Assembly: GCA_964392925.1 (NCBI GenBank)
Contig: CAYMRP010000003.1
Span: 50,786 to 114,785 of the forward strand
Reading direction: 5' to 3'
From: an uncultured Gammaproteobacteria bacterium
GTDB taxonomy: Bacteria; Patescibacteriota; Microgenomatia; Daviesbacterales; UBA10151
Length of the DNA stretch: 64,000 nt
The translations under genes and the position numbers were made by a program. Shown in pieces: positions 63,982 to 64,000 of this stretch. The stretch's first letter is position 1. Every line of letters begins with the position of its first letter. Below the pieces are notes generated by a model. That model ran no database searches. It had not been told where the DNA came from and worked only from the letters and a program-made list of their open reading frames with translations.

Positions 63982-64000
63982 AAATTGTTAAATTGTTAAA
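63982..64000. repeat. AATTGTTA octamer tandem repeat at the window edge (related to the 33747 microsatellite)
   Basis: aattgttaaattgttaaa is read directly and continues off the window. Confidence 0.7.

Noticed and set aside
1-64000. Alternative genetic code (e.g. UGA recoding as in Gracilibacteria/Absconditabacteria)
   Set aside because: All long housekeeping genes (carB, ftsH, polA, trp genes) are uninterrupted under the standard code, and TGA is used as an overlapping ATGA stop. There is no evidence for recoding.
1-64000. Archaeal (e.g. DPANN) origin suggested by DUF35, MVK-type kinases, ATP-dependent ligase, EndoQ-like and ACL-like genes
   Set aside because: Sigma-70, FtsH, PolA, RecF, Fpg, bacterial-type Pth, LepB, sortase and a T-box leader are bacterial. 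The archaeal-like genes are better explained as lineage-specific content of a bacterium.

Overview
This is a 64 kb, AT-rich, tightly packed bacterial chromosomal segment. It reads in the standard genetic code, with no in-frame TGA in any long gene, and most genes are on the + strand. Several markers are clearly bacterial rather than archaeal: a sigma-70 C-terminus, FtsH, DNA polymerase I, RecF, Fpg, type I signal peptidase, Pth and a sortase. The organism looks like an uncultivated low-GC bacterium, possibly Patescibacteria/CPR-like, but I cannot confirm that from sequence alone. Recognisable content includes:
- a complete trpEGDCFBA operon followed by trpS and a Trbp111-like tRNA-binding protein, preceded by a T-box-like leader;
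- carAB preceded by a leader ORF and terminator;
- ftsH, polA, mutM, recF, pth, lepB and two tRNAs (Asn-GTT and CAT-anticodon Met/Ile2);
- an accessory stretch of detox and efflux-type genes downstream of tRNA-Asn.
The most interesting findings are these:
- a compact lower mevalonate-pathway locus with non-canonical residues, continuing beyond the window end;
- a three-gene ATP-citrate-lyase / citryl-CoA synthetase-lyase-like module that could supply cytosolic acetyl-CoA;
- an archaeal/eukaryal-type ATP-dependent DNA ligase and a PHP/Zn-finger EndoQ-like protein;
- two unexplained islands with no confident CDS, both open on both strands, at about 12.7-14.0 kb and 35.6-36.0 kb, one with a strong promoter, leader ORF and attenuator;
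- a 16-nt duplication of the tRNA-Asn 3' end;
- octamer microsatellites in a promoter region and at the window end;
- a LepB-CAP domain fusion.
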